The notes beneath the pieces are model-generated. The model was not told the DNA's origin. It was given only the letters and a program-made list of their open reading frames with translations, and searched no databases. Shown piece by piece: positions 46,565-57,749 of a stretch of 64,000 bases of DNA. Both the position numbers and the translations under genes were made by a program. The DNA comes from an uncultured delta proteobacterium. GTDB taxonomy: Bacteria; Myxococcota; Myxococcia; Myxococcales; Anaeromyxobacteraceae. The first letter of the stretch is position 1. Each line of letters begins with the position of its first letter. The DNA lies in assembly GCA_963845515.1 (NCBI GenBank), contig CAWJSR010000050.1, positions 32,001 through 96,000 of the forward strand, in the 5' to 3' direction.

Positions 46565-48076
46565 ATGGCCACGATGTTCGCCCTGATCCTCGCGCTGACG
46601 ACGCTCGCGTCCCCCGCCGACCCCGCCGCGGACGCGCCGCCTCCTCACGAGACGTCGGCGATCGCTCTGCCCGCCGGGCCCGAGACCGCCCAGTCCACGC
46701 CCGCCCCGGAACCGCTCGAAGCCGACGACGTGGGGCCCGACGACGAGCCCGACGACGAGCCAGCCGATGAGGCCGAGCCGGAAGAGGAGGTCGCCCACGG
46801 CTACGTCGTCGAGAAGATCGTCATCCGTGGGCTCCAGAAGGCGCGCAGCGCCGCGGTCCGGCGCCACCTCCTGGTCCGCTCCGGCGACCTCCTGGACGAC
46901 CGCGACGTGCTCCTCTCCCGGCTGCGGCTCCTGCAGCTCGGCTGGTTCTCGCAGGTCGACGCGAAGGTGGAGAAGGGGAGCTCGAAGGGGCTCGTGATCC
47001 TCGTCTTCCGAGTCGTCGAGCGGAACACCGTCGTCGTGACGGATCTCGTGACGGGGACCACCGACCCGCAGCCGGTGTACGGCGGCCTCGGGATCGCCGA
47101 GCAGAACTTCCTCGGGCGCGGCTTCGCGCTCGGGGGGGCCTTCGTGTACGGCGGCGCGCCGCTCGGGCGGCCAGCCGACCCCGATCGCTTCGCGCTGCGC
47201 GGGTCGTTCTTCGCACCCGACCTGCCCATCCGCGGCGTCGGCCGTCTCGTGGCGGGCGCCAGCGCCTGGGCGCTGCGCGGCGAGGAGTTCGCCTGCGAGC
47301 GGCCAGGCTGCGATCCCTTCATCGAGGACTTCGCCGACGCCCCCCGGATCCGTTACAGGAGGACCGGCAGCGAGCTGACGCTCGGGCTCCGAACGAGCGC
47401 CTTCAACCGGGTCCTCGCGGGGTGGCGGCTCGAGCGGGTCTCGGCCGAGGACGTCCCGACGGCCACCCTCGCCGAGTTCGTGAGCCCTCCGATCCTCCTC
47501 GGTCGCTCATGGGTGTCGGCGCTGGTCGTCACCTGGGAGCACGACAGCCGCGACGACTCCTTCATGCCGAGGGACGGGCTGCGGCTGGCCGCGGAGCTCA
47601 CCTTCGCATCCCGGCTCTTCGGCTCGGACTACGAGTTCAGCCGGTACTGGGTCCAGGCGGAGTCCGCCTTCGCGCTCCTCGGCCTGCCGCTCCGGCTGCA
47701 GCTCCAGGTGGGCGCGACGCAGGGCAACGCGCCCTTCTTCGATCGCTTCTACGCCGCAGACCTCTCCTACTTCGCGGTGGGGCCGGCGCTGGGTCGCGCG
47801 CTGGAGCTCAACTTCTCGACCGACTCCCGCTACGACGCCTTCGCGGCGATGGGCGGGCTCGAGTGGGCCGTGCCGCTGCGGCGAATCCACGGGCGCTTCT
47901 TCCAGCGGGCCTACGTCGCGGTCGGCGCCCGGGCCGTCTGGTCCTCCGCCGAGCTCGGCGGTGGCCGGACCTCGTTCTCCAGCTTCCCCCTCTCCGCAGA
48001 CCTCGCGCTCCGGTTCGACACGCCGATCGGCGCCTTCAACGCGTCCCTCGGGTACGCGCTCGACAACCTCCTCTGA
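46565..48076 (+). CDS. Omp85/TamA-like outer membrane protein with one POTRA domain (start 46565 or 46574)
   Basis: Signal peptide, acidic linker, VEKIVIRGLQK...LGWFSQV...FRVVERNT POTRA, EQNFLGRG, DSRDD..MPRDG, DTPIGAFNASLG. Confidence 0.85.
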   Translation: MATMFALILALTTLASPADPAADAPPPHETSAIALPAGPETAQSTPAPEPLEADDVGPDDEPDDEPADEAEPEEEVAHGYVVEKIVIRGLQKARSAAVRRHLLVRSGDLLDDRDVLLSRLRLLQLGWFSQVDAKVEKGSSKGLVILVFRVVERNTVVVTDLVTGTTDPQPVYGGLGIAEQNFLGRGFALGGAFVYGGAPLGRPADPDRFALRGSFFAPDLPIRGVGRLVAGASAWALRGEEFACERPGCDPFIEDFADAPRIRYRRTGSELTLGLRTSAFNRVLAGWRLERVSAEDVPTATLAEFVSPPILLGRSWVSALVVTWEHDSRDDSFMPRDGLRLAAELTFASRLFGSDYEFSRYWVQAESAFALLGLPLRLQLQVGATQGNAPFFDRFYAADLSYFAVGPALGRALELNFSTDSRYDAFAAMGGLEWAVPLRRIHGRFFQRAYVAVGARAVWSSAELGGGRTSFSSFPLSADLALRFDTPIGAFNASLGYALDNLL

Positions 48077-48077
48077 G

Positions 48078-48743
48078 ATGATCCCCGCCCTCGACGCCCG
48101 CGCCGCCGCTCGGAGCCTCGCGCTGGCCGCCGCGCTGGTGGCGACCTGCGCGGGCGCCGCCGCGCGCGCGGCCGACCCGCTGCCCGTGACCCTGGCCAGC
48201 CAGGCCGGGCGCGTCGTCGCCGCCGTCGACCTCTCGAAGGCCCTCCCGTCCGACCTGCCTGAGCGGCTGGGGAACGGGCTGCGCAACGTCGTCGCGATCT
48301 ACGTCGCGGTCGTGCCGCTGGGAGGGGAGGAGCCAGCCGCCGCCTACCCCCTCGTGTTCGAGGTGCTCTACGACGTCTGGGAGGAGACCTGGTCGGTGAC
48401 GGTGCGTGACCCGAAGACGCCCGGCGGGCGCCGGCAGGTGCTGAGGAGCGTCGAGGAGCTCCGCGCCCTGCTGGCCCACGTCCCCGACGCGGACCTGGGC
48501 CCGGTGGGCGCGCTCCCGGCCTCGCGCTTCACCGTCGACGTCAGGATCGACGTCAACCCGGTCTCGCCCGAGCTGCTGGCCTACACGCGGCAGTACCTGG
48601 CCGGCGCCGCGCGCGCGCGTGGCGGCTCCCGGAGCGTGCTCGGGACGATGGCCGGCTTCCTGCTGCGCGTCCCTGACGACGAGGGAGGGAGCCTCCTCTT
48701 CAGGTCGCGACCCCTCTCGGCCGACGCGGTGAAGCCGCGATGA
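48078..48743 (+). CDS. Exported DUF4390-like protein
   Basis: Signal peptide; ERLGNGL...VLYDVWEETWSV; translationally coupled to the downstream kinase. Confidence 0.7.
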   Translation: MIPALDARAAARSLALAAALVATCAGAAARAADPLPVTLASQAGRVVAAVDLSKALPSDLPERLGNGLRNVVAIYVAVVPLGGEEPAAAYPLVFEVLYDVWEETWSVTVRDPKTPGGRRQVLRSVEELRALLAHVPDADLGPVGALPASRFTVDVRIDVNPVSPELLAYTRQYLAGAARARGGSRSVLGTMAGFLLRVPDDEGGSLLFRSRPLSADAVKPR

Positions 48744-50308
48744 GCGCCCCCCCGGTGCAGCGCCCTGAGGGCGCGCCTGCCTGGGCGCGCTGGCTGCGCC
48801 CGCCGCGGTGGCTCCGCGTCTCGCGCTTCGAGCGGAACATCGCGATCGCGCTCGTGATCGGGACGGTGGTCCCGCTCCTCGGGGCGCTCTGGCTGGCGTC
48901 CGGGCTCGCGGAGCAGGACCTGACGCTCGGGCTGTCTCCGCGGGTAGTCGGCCGGCTCTCGGAGGTCCCGGGCATCTACCGCGAGCTCTTCCAGGCGAAG
49001 AAGCAGCTCTTCTCCATGCAGGCCCGCGACGTCGCGAGGGGGCTCCCCGCGGGGAAGGACGCAGCGCGAAGGCACCTGGAGCGCGCGGTCGCCCGGAACC
49101 CGGCGCTGCGGCGCGTGGCGGTGACCGCCGGCGACGGCACGCTGCTCGCCAGCGCCGAGGCGCGCGGTGCCGGGCCGGAGCGCGAGTGGCGTCCGGCCTC
49201 CGCCCGCGTGCAGCTCGCCGGCGGCGCCGTGCTCGAGTGCACCTTCGCGGTCGAGGCACGCCTCTTCGCGGAGCTGGACGAGGCGCGGACGCTCGCCGAG
49301 CAGACGCGGGAGCTCGATCGGCTGCGCGACGCGATCCAGCGCAGCTACCTGCTCTCCTACGGCACCCTCCTCGCGGTGCTCTCGCTCCTGGCCGCGGCGG
49401 GAGGGATCTGGTTCGCGCGACGGACGACGCGCCGGGTCGACGCGCTGGTTTCGGCCGTCCGCAAGCTGGCCGCAGGGGACCTCTCCGTCCAGGTCCGGAT
49501 CGACGGGGGCGCGCGCGACGAGATCGCCGCCCTCTCCAGCGCCTTCAACGAGATGGTCCGCGAGGTGAGGGAGAGCCGCGACCGGATCGTGTACCTCGAG
49601 AAGATCTCGGGCTGGCAGGAGGTGGCGCGCCGGCTCGCCCACGAGATCAAGAACCCGCTCACGCCCATCCAGCTCGCCTTCCAGGAGCTGGAGGCGCGGT
49701 GGAAGCGCGCCCCGGGCGACGCCTCCTTCGGCCCGCTCCTGGCCGATGCGGGCGAGATCGTCCGGGAGGAGGTCGGGACCCTCCAGCGCCTGGTCGCCGA
49801 CTTCTCCGCCTTCGCGCGGCTCCCCGAGGCGGCCCCGGAGCCGGCCGACCTGGGCGACTTCGTGGAGGAGTTCGTCCGGACCAGCCCCCAGCTCGCGGAG
49901 CAGGCCTCGCTGGAGATCGTCCGGACCGGCCCGTGCCCGACCGCCGTCGACCGCGCGCTCATGCGCCGCGTGCTCACGAACCTCGTCTCCAACGCGGTGG
50001 AGGCGAGCCGCCCCGAGCCCGCCAGGGTCCACATCGGCGTCGCGCGCACGCGCACCAGGGTGCTCCTCACCGTCGCGGACGAGGGTCCAGGGATCGACGC
50101 GGAGCTGCGCGAGCGGATCTTCGACCCCTACTTCACGACCAAGCAGGAGGGGACCGGGCTCGGCCTCGCCATCGTGAAGAAGATCGTCCTCCAGCACGGC
50201 GGCGACATCGAGGCGGGCTCCCGCCCCGGGGGCGGCGCCAACATCTGCATCAGCCTGCCGCTGGCCGACGATCCGGCCGACCACGGGCCACCTGAAGGGA
50301 ACGGATGA
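48740..50308 (+). CDS. NtrY-like sensor histidine kinase (2 TM, HAMP, HisKA, HATPase)
   Basis: DEIAALSSAFNEMV, WQEVARRLAHEIKNPLTPIQL, NLVSNAVEA, DEGPGI, FDPYFTTK, GTGLGL. Confidence 0.95.
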   Translation: MSAPPVQRPEGAPAWARWLRPPRWLRVSRFERNIAIALVIGTVVPLLGALWLASGLAEQDLTLGLSPRVVGRLSEVPGIYRELFQAKKQLFSMQARDVARGLPAGKDAARRHLERAVARNPALRRVAVTAGDGTLLASAEARGAGPEREWRPASARVQLAGGAVLECTFAVEARLFAELDEARTLAEQTRELDRLRDAIQRSYLLSYGTLLAVLSLLAAAGGIWFARRTTRRVDALVSAVRKLAAGDLSVQVRIDGGARDEIAALSSAFNEMVREVRESRDRIVYLEKISGWQEVARRLAHEIKNPLTPIQLAFQELEARWKRAPGDASFGPLLADAGEIVREEVGTLQRLVADFSAFARLPEAAPEPADLGDFVEEFVRTSPQLAEQASLEIVRTGPCPTAVDRALMRRVLTNLVSNAVEASRPEPARVHIGVARTRTRVLLTVADEGPGIDAELRERIFDPYFTTKQEGTGLGLAIVKKIVLQHGGDIEAGSRPGGGANICISLPLADDPADHGPPEGNG

Positions 50309-51072
50309 TGACGGCGGAGCTACGCGATACGACCGCGCTCGTGACTGGCGCCACCTCTGGGATCGGGCTCGCCTGCGCAGAGGCGCTGGTGCGGGCCGGG
50401 GCGCGGGTCGTGGCCGCCGGCCGCCGCGCGGATCGGCTCGACGCCCTCGCGGCGCGGCTCGGACAGGCGATCCACCCCCTGCCGCTCGACGTGCGCGACA
50501 AGGCGGCGGTCGAGCGGGCGCTAGGCGCCCTGCCCGCCCCGTTCGCGGCCGTCGACGTGCTCGTCAACGGCGCAGGGCTCGCCCTCGGCCTGGAGCCGGC
50601 GCAGCGCGCGAGCCTGGACGACTGGGAGGGGATGATCGACACCAACTGCAGGGCCCTCGTCCACGTCACGCGCCTCCTGCTCCCCGGGATGGTGGCGCGC
50701 GATCGGGGCCACGTGGTGAACGTCGGCTCGGTCGCGGGCAACTGGCCGTACCCGGGCGGCAACGTCTACGGGGCCACCAAGGCCTTCGTCAGGCAGTTCT
50801 CGCTGAACCTCAAGTCAGACCTGCTCGGCACGAAGGTCCGCGTCACCAACGTGGAGCCCGGCATGGTCGAGACCGAGTTCTCGGTCGTGCGCTTTCACGG
50901 CGACGAGGCGCGGGCGAGCGAGGTCTACGCCGGGATGCAGCCGCTCTCGGCCGAGGACATCGCCGACACGGTGCTCTGGTGCGTGACGCGCCCTCCGCAC
51001 GTCAACGTGAACACGATCGAGCTCATGCCGGTGCAGCAGGCCTTCTCGCCGTTCGCGGTGAGCCGCGGGTAG
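50305..51072 (+). CDS. YdfG-like NADP-dependent short-chain dehydrogenase
   Basis: TGATSGIG, NGAGLALG, YPGGNVYGATK, NVEPGMVETEFS. Confidence 0.93.
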   Translation: MMTAELRDTTALVTGATSGIGLACAEALVRAGARVVAAGRRADRLDALAARLGQAIHPLPLDVRDKAAVERALGALPAPFAAVDVLVNGAGLALGLEPAQRASLDDWEGMIDTNCRALVHVTRLLLPGMVARDRGHVVNVGSVAGNWPYPGGNVYGATKAFVRQFSLNLKSDLLGTKVRVTNVEPGMVETEFSVVRFHGDEARASEVYAGMQPLSAEDIADTVLWCVTRPPHVNVNTIELMPVQQAFSPFAVSRG

Positions 51073-51076
51073 AACA

Positions 51077-51391
51077 TCAGCGCCCGCCGGGATCGTCGTC
51101 GTCCGGCGGCCGCCGGTTGCGGGCCAGCTCGCCGAGCATGATGACGAGCCCCGCGCCGATGGTGACCGCGGCCGCGATCTCGAACGGCACCGCGGCGAGG
51201 GGGTGCTTCACCTCGAGGCCGCTCCACCACCCCAGCGCCCCCAGCGCCAGCGACCCGGCGGAGAGCGACGTCGCGAGGGTGAAGGCGCCCCTGGTGCGGA
51301 AGGCGATCCAGGAGACGGCGGCACCGAACGCGACGATCCCCATCCCCAGGACGAGGACGAGGACCGCCGCACCACCAAATGACCACAGCAT
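51077..51391 (-). CDS. Small hypothetical membrane protein (3 TM)
   Basis: Three hydrophobic segments; RBS GGAGG before the ATG at 51391. Confidence 0.6.
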   Translation of the reverse strand: MLWSFGGAAVLVLVLGMGIVAFGAAVSWIAFRTRGAFTLATSLSAGSLALGALGWWSGLEVKHPLAAVPFEIAAAVTIGAGLVIMLGELARNRRPPDDDDPGGR

Positions 51392-51504
51392 CGGGTGCCT
51401 CCGCTGGGATCGCGCCGCTGGCCACGGCGCGGTGCTCCTCGGCCCCGCCACGATCATACCCGCAGGGCGGGGCGCGCGGGCAAGTCCATGTAGAATGCCG
51501 GCGC

Positions 51505-52926
<1,422 letters not shown>

Positions 52927-52986
52927 CGCGCGCGCTGATGCTGCCGCCTCATCCCGCCGGCCGACCGCGGTCTATGATGCCCCCCG

Positions 52987-55900
52987 ATGATCACCACGCA
53001 CGCGATCCCCGGCCTCCCTCCCGCTGACTTCCGCGCGCCCGACGCGCCCGAGCGGATCGCCCGGCTCCAGGCGCGGCACCCGTCCCTCGCCGAGGAAGCG
53101 ATCCGGCTGTGCAACCTCGCGGCCGACCCCGACCTCGCGCTGGCCGGCGTGGAGCGGTTCGCCGACGCCGCGGGCGGGCTCCCGCCCGAGCACGACCTCC
53201 TCGAGGCGCTCGCGCTCCTCTGCGGCGGCTCGCGCATGGCGGCGCAGCTGCTCTCGCGGGAGCCCGTGCTCCTCCGCCGGACGGCGCGCTCCCCGTTCCT
53301 GCTCCACGCGCGCACCGAGCGCTCGCTCCGGCGGCTCCTGCTGCGCGCGATGCGCGTCCTCGCCCTGGACGACGTCGCCGGCTTCCACCGGCTCCTGCGG
53401 CGGGTCCGGGCGAGGGAGGTCCTGCGGATCATCCTGCGCGACCTGCGGCGCGCGCGGATGAAGGACGTGACCGGCGAGCTCTCCTCGCTCGCCACCGCGT
53501 GCGTCGACGCGGCGATCCGCTTCCACGACCGGCGGCTCCGGGCGCGCCACGGCAGTCCGGAGGGGCTCGAGGAGCGCGAGGCGGGCGCCGGCTTCTGCGC
53601 CCTCGCGATGGGGAAGCTGGGCGCGCGCGAGCTCAACTTCTCGTCGGACATCGACCTCATCTACGTCTACTCGCACGACGGGCAGACGAACGGCGCGCGC
53701 CCCCTCGACCACTTCACCTACTACACGAAGCTCTCCGAGGCGGTGACCGAGTCGATCGCCAAGGCGACCGAGGACGGGATCGTCTTCCGCGTCGACCTCA
53801 ACCTCAGGCCCGACGGCAGGAGCGGCCCGATCGTCAACTCGATCCGCGGCGCCGAGCTCTACTACCAGTCCTACGGGAGGTCCTGGGAGCGGAACGCGAT
53901 GCTCAAGGCGCGCTCCGGCTCGGGCGACATCGCCGTCGGCGACGAGCTCCTGAAGCTGCTGGAGCCCTTCATCTGGCGCCGCAGCCTCGACCTCGACGTC
54001 GTCGCCGAGATCAAGGCGATGAAGGACCGCATCGACGCCCGCGCCGGCGCCGAGGGACGCTCCGATCTGAAGCTCGGGCGCGGCGGGATCCGCGAGGCGG
54101 AGTTCTTCGTCTCGGCGCTGCAGCTGCTCCACGGGGGCCGGCCGGGTCAGGAGGCGCTCCGGGAGCGGGCGGTCCTCCCGGCGCTGGAGCGGCTCCTGTA
54201 CGCGGGCATCGTCCCCGCGAACGATCGCGACGCGCTGGCCGACGCCTACCTCTTCCTGCGCAGGGCCGAGCACCGCGTCCAGATGGTCGACGGCGCGCAG
54301 ACCCACAGGCTGCCGCCCCCGGAGGAGCGGCTCTCCCTGGCGCGGGCGATGGGGTACGCCACGGTGGCCGAGTTCGAGGCCGCCCTGACGGCCCACCGCG
54401 AGCGGGTGGCGGCCCTCTTCTCCGACCTGCTGGGGCGCGGCGAGGACCGCCCCCCCATCGACCCCGAGCTGGCGCTGATCCTCGATCCGCAGGTGGAGCG
54501 CGAGCGGCGTGCGGAGATCGCGACGAGGCGCGGCTTCGGCGATGCCGATCGGGCCATCGCCTCGATCGACGCCATGGGGCGGCGCAGGACCCCCTTCTCC
54601 CCCACCGGCGATCCGGCGGCCGCGGTGGCGCTGGTCGCCGAGGCGCTCGCGTCCCCCGACCCGGACCAGTCGCTCGCCCACCTCGCCGACTTCGCGGCCG
54701 CGCTGCAGGCGCCCGAGCCCTACTTCAAGCTCCTCGGCGAGCGCCGCAGGGTGGCGCGCCTGCTCCTCTCCCTCTTCGGCACCTCCGACTTCCTCTCCAA
54801 GCGCTTCCTGCGCCACCCCGAGATGATCGACGCGCTCCTGCGCGAGGACCAGATCGCCCTCGTGAAGGAGAAGGACCGGCTGGCGGAGGAGCTGGACGAG
54901 CGGCTCGCGACGTTCGACCCCGCGCTGCAGATCGACGAGGCGATGGAGCGGAAGCTGGGTGAGGTGCGCCGCTTCCGCAACGAGGAGATGCTGCGGATCG
55001 CCATCCACGACATCGCCGGCTCCATCGACCTGGGCAGCGTCTCGGCCCAGCTCACGGCGCTCGCGGAGGTCTGCATCGAGCGCTGCCTCGCGCTCGCGGA
55101 GGAGGAGTCGCGAGCCAAGGGATACGCTCCACCGGGCCGACTCTGCGTCGTCGGGATGGGGAAGCTGGGCGGCCGCGAGCTCGGGTACCACTCCGACCTC
55201 GACCTGGTCTTCCTCTACTCGGGCGGCGCGGAGCAGGGGCACGAGCGCTACTCGCGCCTCGCCCAGCGCTTCATGGCCTTCCTGCAGATGCCGCTCCGCG
55301 AGGGGCGGCTCTACCAGATCGACACGCGGCTCCGCCCCAGCGGGAACCAGGGGGCGCTCGTCGTCGGGACCGAGGGGTTCGCGCGGTACCACATGGGCGA
55401 CTCGGCCGCCGCAGCCCCGCTGGTCCGGAGCCAGCTCTGGGAGCGGCAGGCGCTCCTGCGCGCCCGCTGCGTCGCCGGAGACCCGAGGCCCTTCGAGGAG
55501 GTGCGCGAGCGCGTGCTGATCCCGGTCGTCTTCGGGAGGCCGGACGATCGCGCCGCGCTGGCCGGCGAGATCCGGCGGATGCGCGAGCGGATGGAGAGCG
55601 AGCTGGGCAAGGAGTCGACGCGCGGCATGAACCCCAAGACCGGCCGCGGCGGCATCGTCGACGTGGAGTTCGCGGCCCAGTTCCTTCAGCTCGCCCACGG
55701 GCACGACCATCCGCAGATCCGGACGCCCTCGACCCCCGAGGCGCTCGACCGGCTCCGCGGCGCGGGGCTGCTGCGGGAGCTCGACCATCAGGCCCTCTCC
55801 GCCGGCTACGACTTCCTGCGCCGCGTGGCGCTTCGGCTCCGGATCGTCCACGACTTCGCCGTGGACCACCTGCCGGCGGACGGGCGCCCGCTGGAGCAGC

Positions 55901-56010
55901 TCGCGCGCCGGCTCGGGTACTACGGCGCCAACCCCGGCCACCGCTTCCGCGAGGACTACCAGCGCATCACCCAGGCGGTCCGGCAGGCGTTCGACGAGGT
56001 CGTGCAGTAG
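52987..56010 (+). CDS. glnE: Bifunctional glutamine synthetase adenylyltransferase/adenylyl-removing enzyme
   Basis: Two nucleotidyltransferase domains: MGKLGARELNFSSDIDL and MGKLGGRELGYHSDLDL; LRPDG/LRPSG, WER, GGIRE/GGIVDVEF. Confidence 0.96.
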   Translation: MITTHAIPGLPPADFRAPDAPERIARLQARHPSLAEEAIRLCNLAADPDLALAGVERFADAAGGLPPEHDLLEALALLCGGSRMAAQLLSREPVLLRRTARSPFLLHARTERSLRRLLLRAMRVLALDDVAGFHRLLRRVRAREVLRIILRDLRRARMKDVTGELSSLATACVDAAIRFHDRRLRARHGSPEGLEEREAGAGFCALAMGKLGARELNFSSDIDLIYVYSHDGQTNGARPLDHFTYYTKLSEAVTESIAKATEDGIVFRVDLNLRPDGRSGPIVNSIRGAELYYQSYGRSWERNAMLKARSGSGDIAVGDELLKLLEPFIWRRSLDLDVVAEIKAMKDRIDARAGAEGRSDLKLGRGGIREAEFFVSALQLLHGGRPGQEALRERAVLPALERLLYAGIVPANDRDALADAYLFLRRAEHRVQMVDGAQTHRLPPPEERLSLARAMGYATVAEFEAALTAHRERVAALFSDLLGRGEDRPPIDPELALILDPQVERERRAEIATRRGFGDADRAIASIDAMGRRRTPFSPTGDPAAAVALVAEALASPDPDQSLAHLADFAAALQAPEPYFKLLGERRRVARLLLSLFGTSDFLSKRFLRHPEMIDALLREDQIALVKEKDRLAEELDERLATFDPALQIDEAMERKLGEVRRFRNEEMLRIAIHDIAGSIDLGSVSAQLTALAEVCIERCLALAEEESRAKGYAPPGRLCVVGMGKLGGRELGYHSDLDLVFLYSGGAEQGHERYSRLAQRFMAFLQMPLREGRLYQIDTRLRPSGNQGALVVGTEGFARYHMGDSAAAAPLVRSQLWERQALLRARCVAGDPRPFEEVRERVLIPVVFGRPDDRAALAGEIRRMRERMESELGKESTRGMNPKTGRGGIVDVEFAAQFLQLAHGHDHPQIRTPSTPEALDRLRGAGLLRELDHQALSAGYDFLRRVALRLRIVHDFAVDHLPADGRPLEQLARRLGYYGANPGHRFREDYQRITQAVRQAFDEVVQ

Positions 56011-56062
56011 GCGGCACGCCCCACCCGATGGCGCCTGACGCGCCGCGTCGTACAATGGACAG

Positions 56063-57526
56063 GTGAGGCTCTCAGACGCGATGCTCGAGACGCTCCGCGC
56101 GCGGGTTCGCCCGTTCGAGGAGGCCGAGCTCGCGCTGGTCCGCGCCGTGCTCGAGCTCCCCCGGTGGCTGGACGAGCCGTCCGAGGCTGCGCTGCGCGAG
56201 GCGCTGAACCTCGCGCGGCTCGGGCTGATACGCGTCTCCAAAGGCGTCGACGTCGACGCGTGGGACCTCCTGACCCCCTTCAGGGAGCGCGTCGCGTCGA
56301 CGCTCGTCCCGGCGCTGCGGCGGCACGACCCGAGATCGCTCCGGGACGTCGCCCAGCTTGCCCGCACGCTCGGGGAGACGCTGGAGCCCTGGCGGGCGAA
56401 GCTGCTCGACTCGTTCCCCGGCGGGCTCTCGGCGGAGCGGCTGGACCGCGAGCTGAGAGAGAAGGCGCTCGTCCTCGTGTGCGGTGGCGGCGGCGGGGTC
56501 GCCTGGTCGTACCTCGGGGCGTTCGGGCTCCTGGAGCGGCACGACCTCCGCCCGAGGCTCTGCGCGGGGTCGAGCATGGGCGCGCTCCTGCTCCTCTTCC
56601 GCGCGCGGACGCGCCGGTGGGATCCGTCCTTCATCCCGGAGCTCCTCGGGAAGCTCGGCTACGCGAAGCTGTTCCGCGTCCTGCAGACCGACTCCCGCTA
56701 CGCCCTGCCCGCGGCGATCCAGCTCCAGCTGCGCGAGACGATGGGCGAGTACGTGACGCGCGCCGACGGCGCCGCCGCGACGCTCGCCGACCTCGCGGTC
56801 CCGCTCCTGGTGGCAGTCACCGGCGTCCGGACCGGGAGCCTCCCCCACGACCCCGGCTTCTACGAGCACCTCCTCGACGGGAGCGACTCTCCGCTGCGAC
56901 CCCACGTCCTCGAGCGGCTCGTGGCGCGCATCTTCGGCGTCGCCAGCGAGCTGGCGCGCCGGAAGGACGTGCTCGTGCCGCTACACCTCGGCGCCGACGC
57001 GGAGACCGCGCAGTTCGACGCGATGGACGCCGTCGGCTTCTCCTGCGCGCTGCCGGGGGTGATCCACTACGACGTCCTGCGGGACGATCCGCGGATGCAC
57101 AGGCTCCTGGGCGCGCTCTTCGAGCGCGAGGGGCTCGCGCGGCTGGTCGACGGCGGCCTGACGGACAACCTCCCGGCCCGCGCGGCCTGGGAGATGGTGC
57201 AGCGCGGCCAGCTCGCGACCCGCAACGCGCTCATGCTGGGGCTGGAGGGGTTCGCGCCCAAGCTCCGCCAGCCGCTCTGGTACGGGCTCGAGCAGATCGC
57301 CGCCCAGAGCGTCGAGCGCAACCGCCCCTTCGTCCACGTCCACCGCTCGTTCCAGCGGGTCCTCTCGCCGCTCGAGGTCGTCCCCGGCCGACCGCAGCTC
57401 GAGCGGGCTATCCAGCTCGGGACCGAGGAGCTGCTGCCCGACATGCCGGTCGTCGCGCGGCTCTGCCGCCCGTACCGCGCGCCGCTCGAGGTCCGCGGGC
57501 GCGCTCCCCACCCACTCGGCGTATAG
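56063..57526 (+). CDS. Patatin-like phospholipase with an N-terminal helical extension
   Basis: CGGGGG glycine-rich loop, AGSSMG nucleophile elbow, LVDGG. Confidence 0.88.
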   Translation: MRLSDAMLETLRARVRPFEEAELALVRAVLELPRWLDEPSEAALREALNLARLGLIRVSKGVDVDAWDLLTPFRERVASTLVPALRRHDPRSLRDVAQLARTLGETLEPWRAKLLDSFPGGLSAERLDRELREKALVLVCGGGGGVAWSYLGAFGLLERHDLRPRLCAGSSMGALLLLFRARTRRWDPSFIPELLGKLGYAKLFRVLQTDSRYALPAAIQLQLRETMGEYVTRADGAAATLADLAVPLLVAVTGVRTGSLPHDPGFYEHLLDGSDSPLRPHVLERLVARIFGVASELARRKDVLVPLHLGADAETAQFDAMDAVGFSCALPGVIHYDVLRDDPRMHRLLGALFEREGLARLVDGGLTDNLPARAAWEMVQRGQLATRNALMLGLEGFAPKLRQPLWYGLEQIAAQSVERNRPFVHVHRSFQRVLSPLEVVPGRPQLERAIQLGTEELLPDMPVVARLCRPYRAPLEVRGRAPHPLGV

Positions 57527-57606
57527 CGTACGCCCCTGCTGGGGCGTTCAGGGCCCGGGAAGATGTGGTCTTGGCCCGCGGTTTGATTCCCCGGAGGCCT
57601 ATTTCA

Positions 57607-57636
57607 TTGACCAGCTCGATCGATTTCGGCTAGATT
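57607..57636 (+). promoter_or_regulatory. sigma70-type promoter of the Fic-like gene
   Basis: TTGACC, 18 bp, TAGATT, followed by an unusually AT-rich leader. Confidence 0.55.
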
Positions 57637-57749
57637 CCCGTCCCCTCGGGGCGGAAAACCACAAAAACGCTTTTATTTTCAAAGCCTTGAAGGGCCAACG
57701 CACCGCGCCACGGTACGTTCCGGGCCCTCGGCGGGAGCACCACGAACCC

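Noticed and set aside
57541..57606. tRNA-like GGTTTGATTCC motif upstream of the Fic gene
   Set aside because: Mismatched T-stem, no cloverleaf, and no acceptor stem or CCA end.
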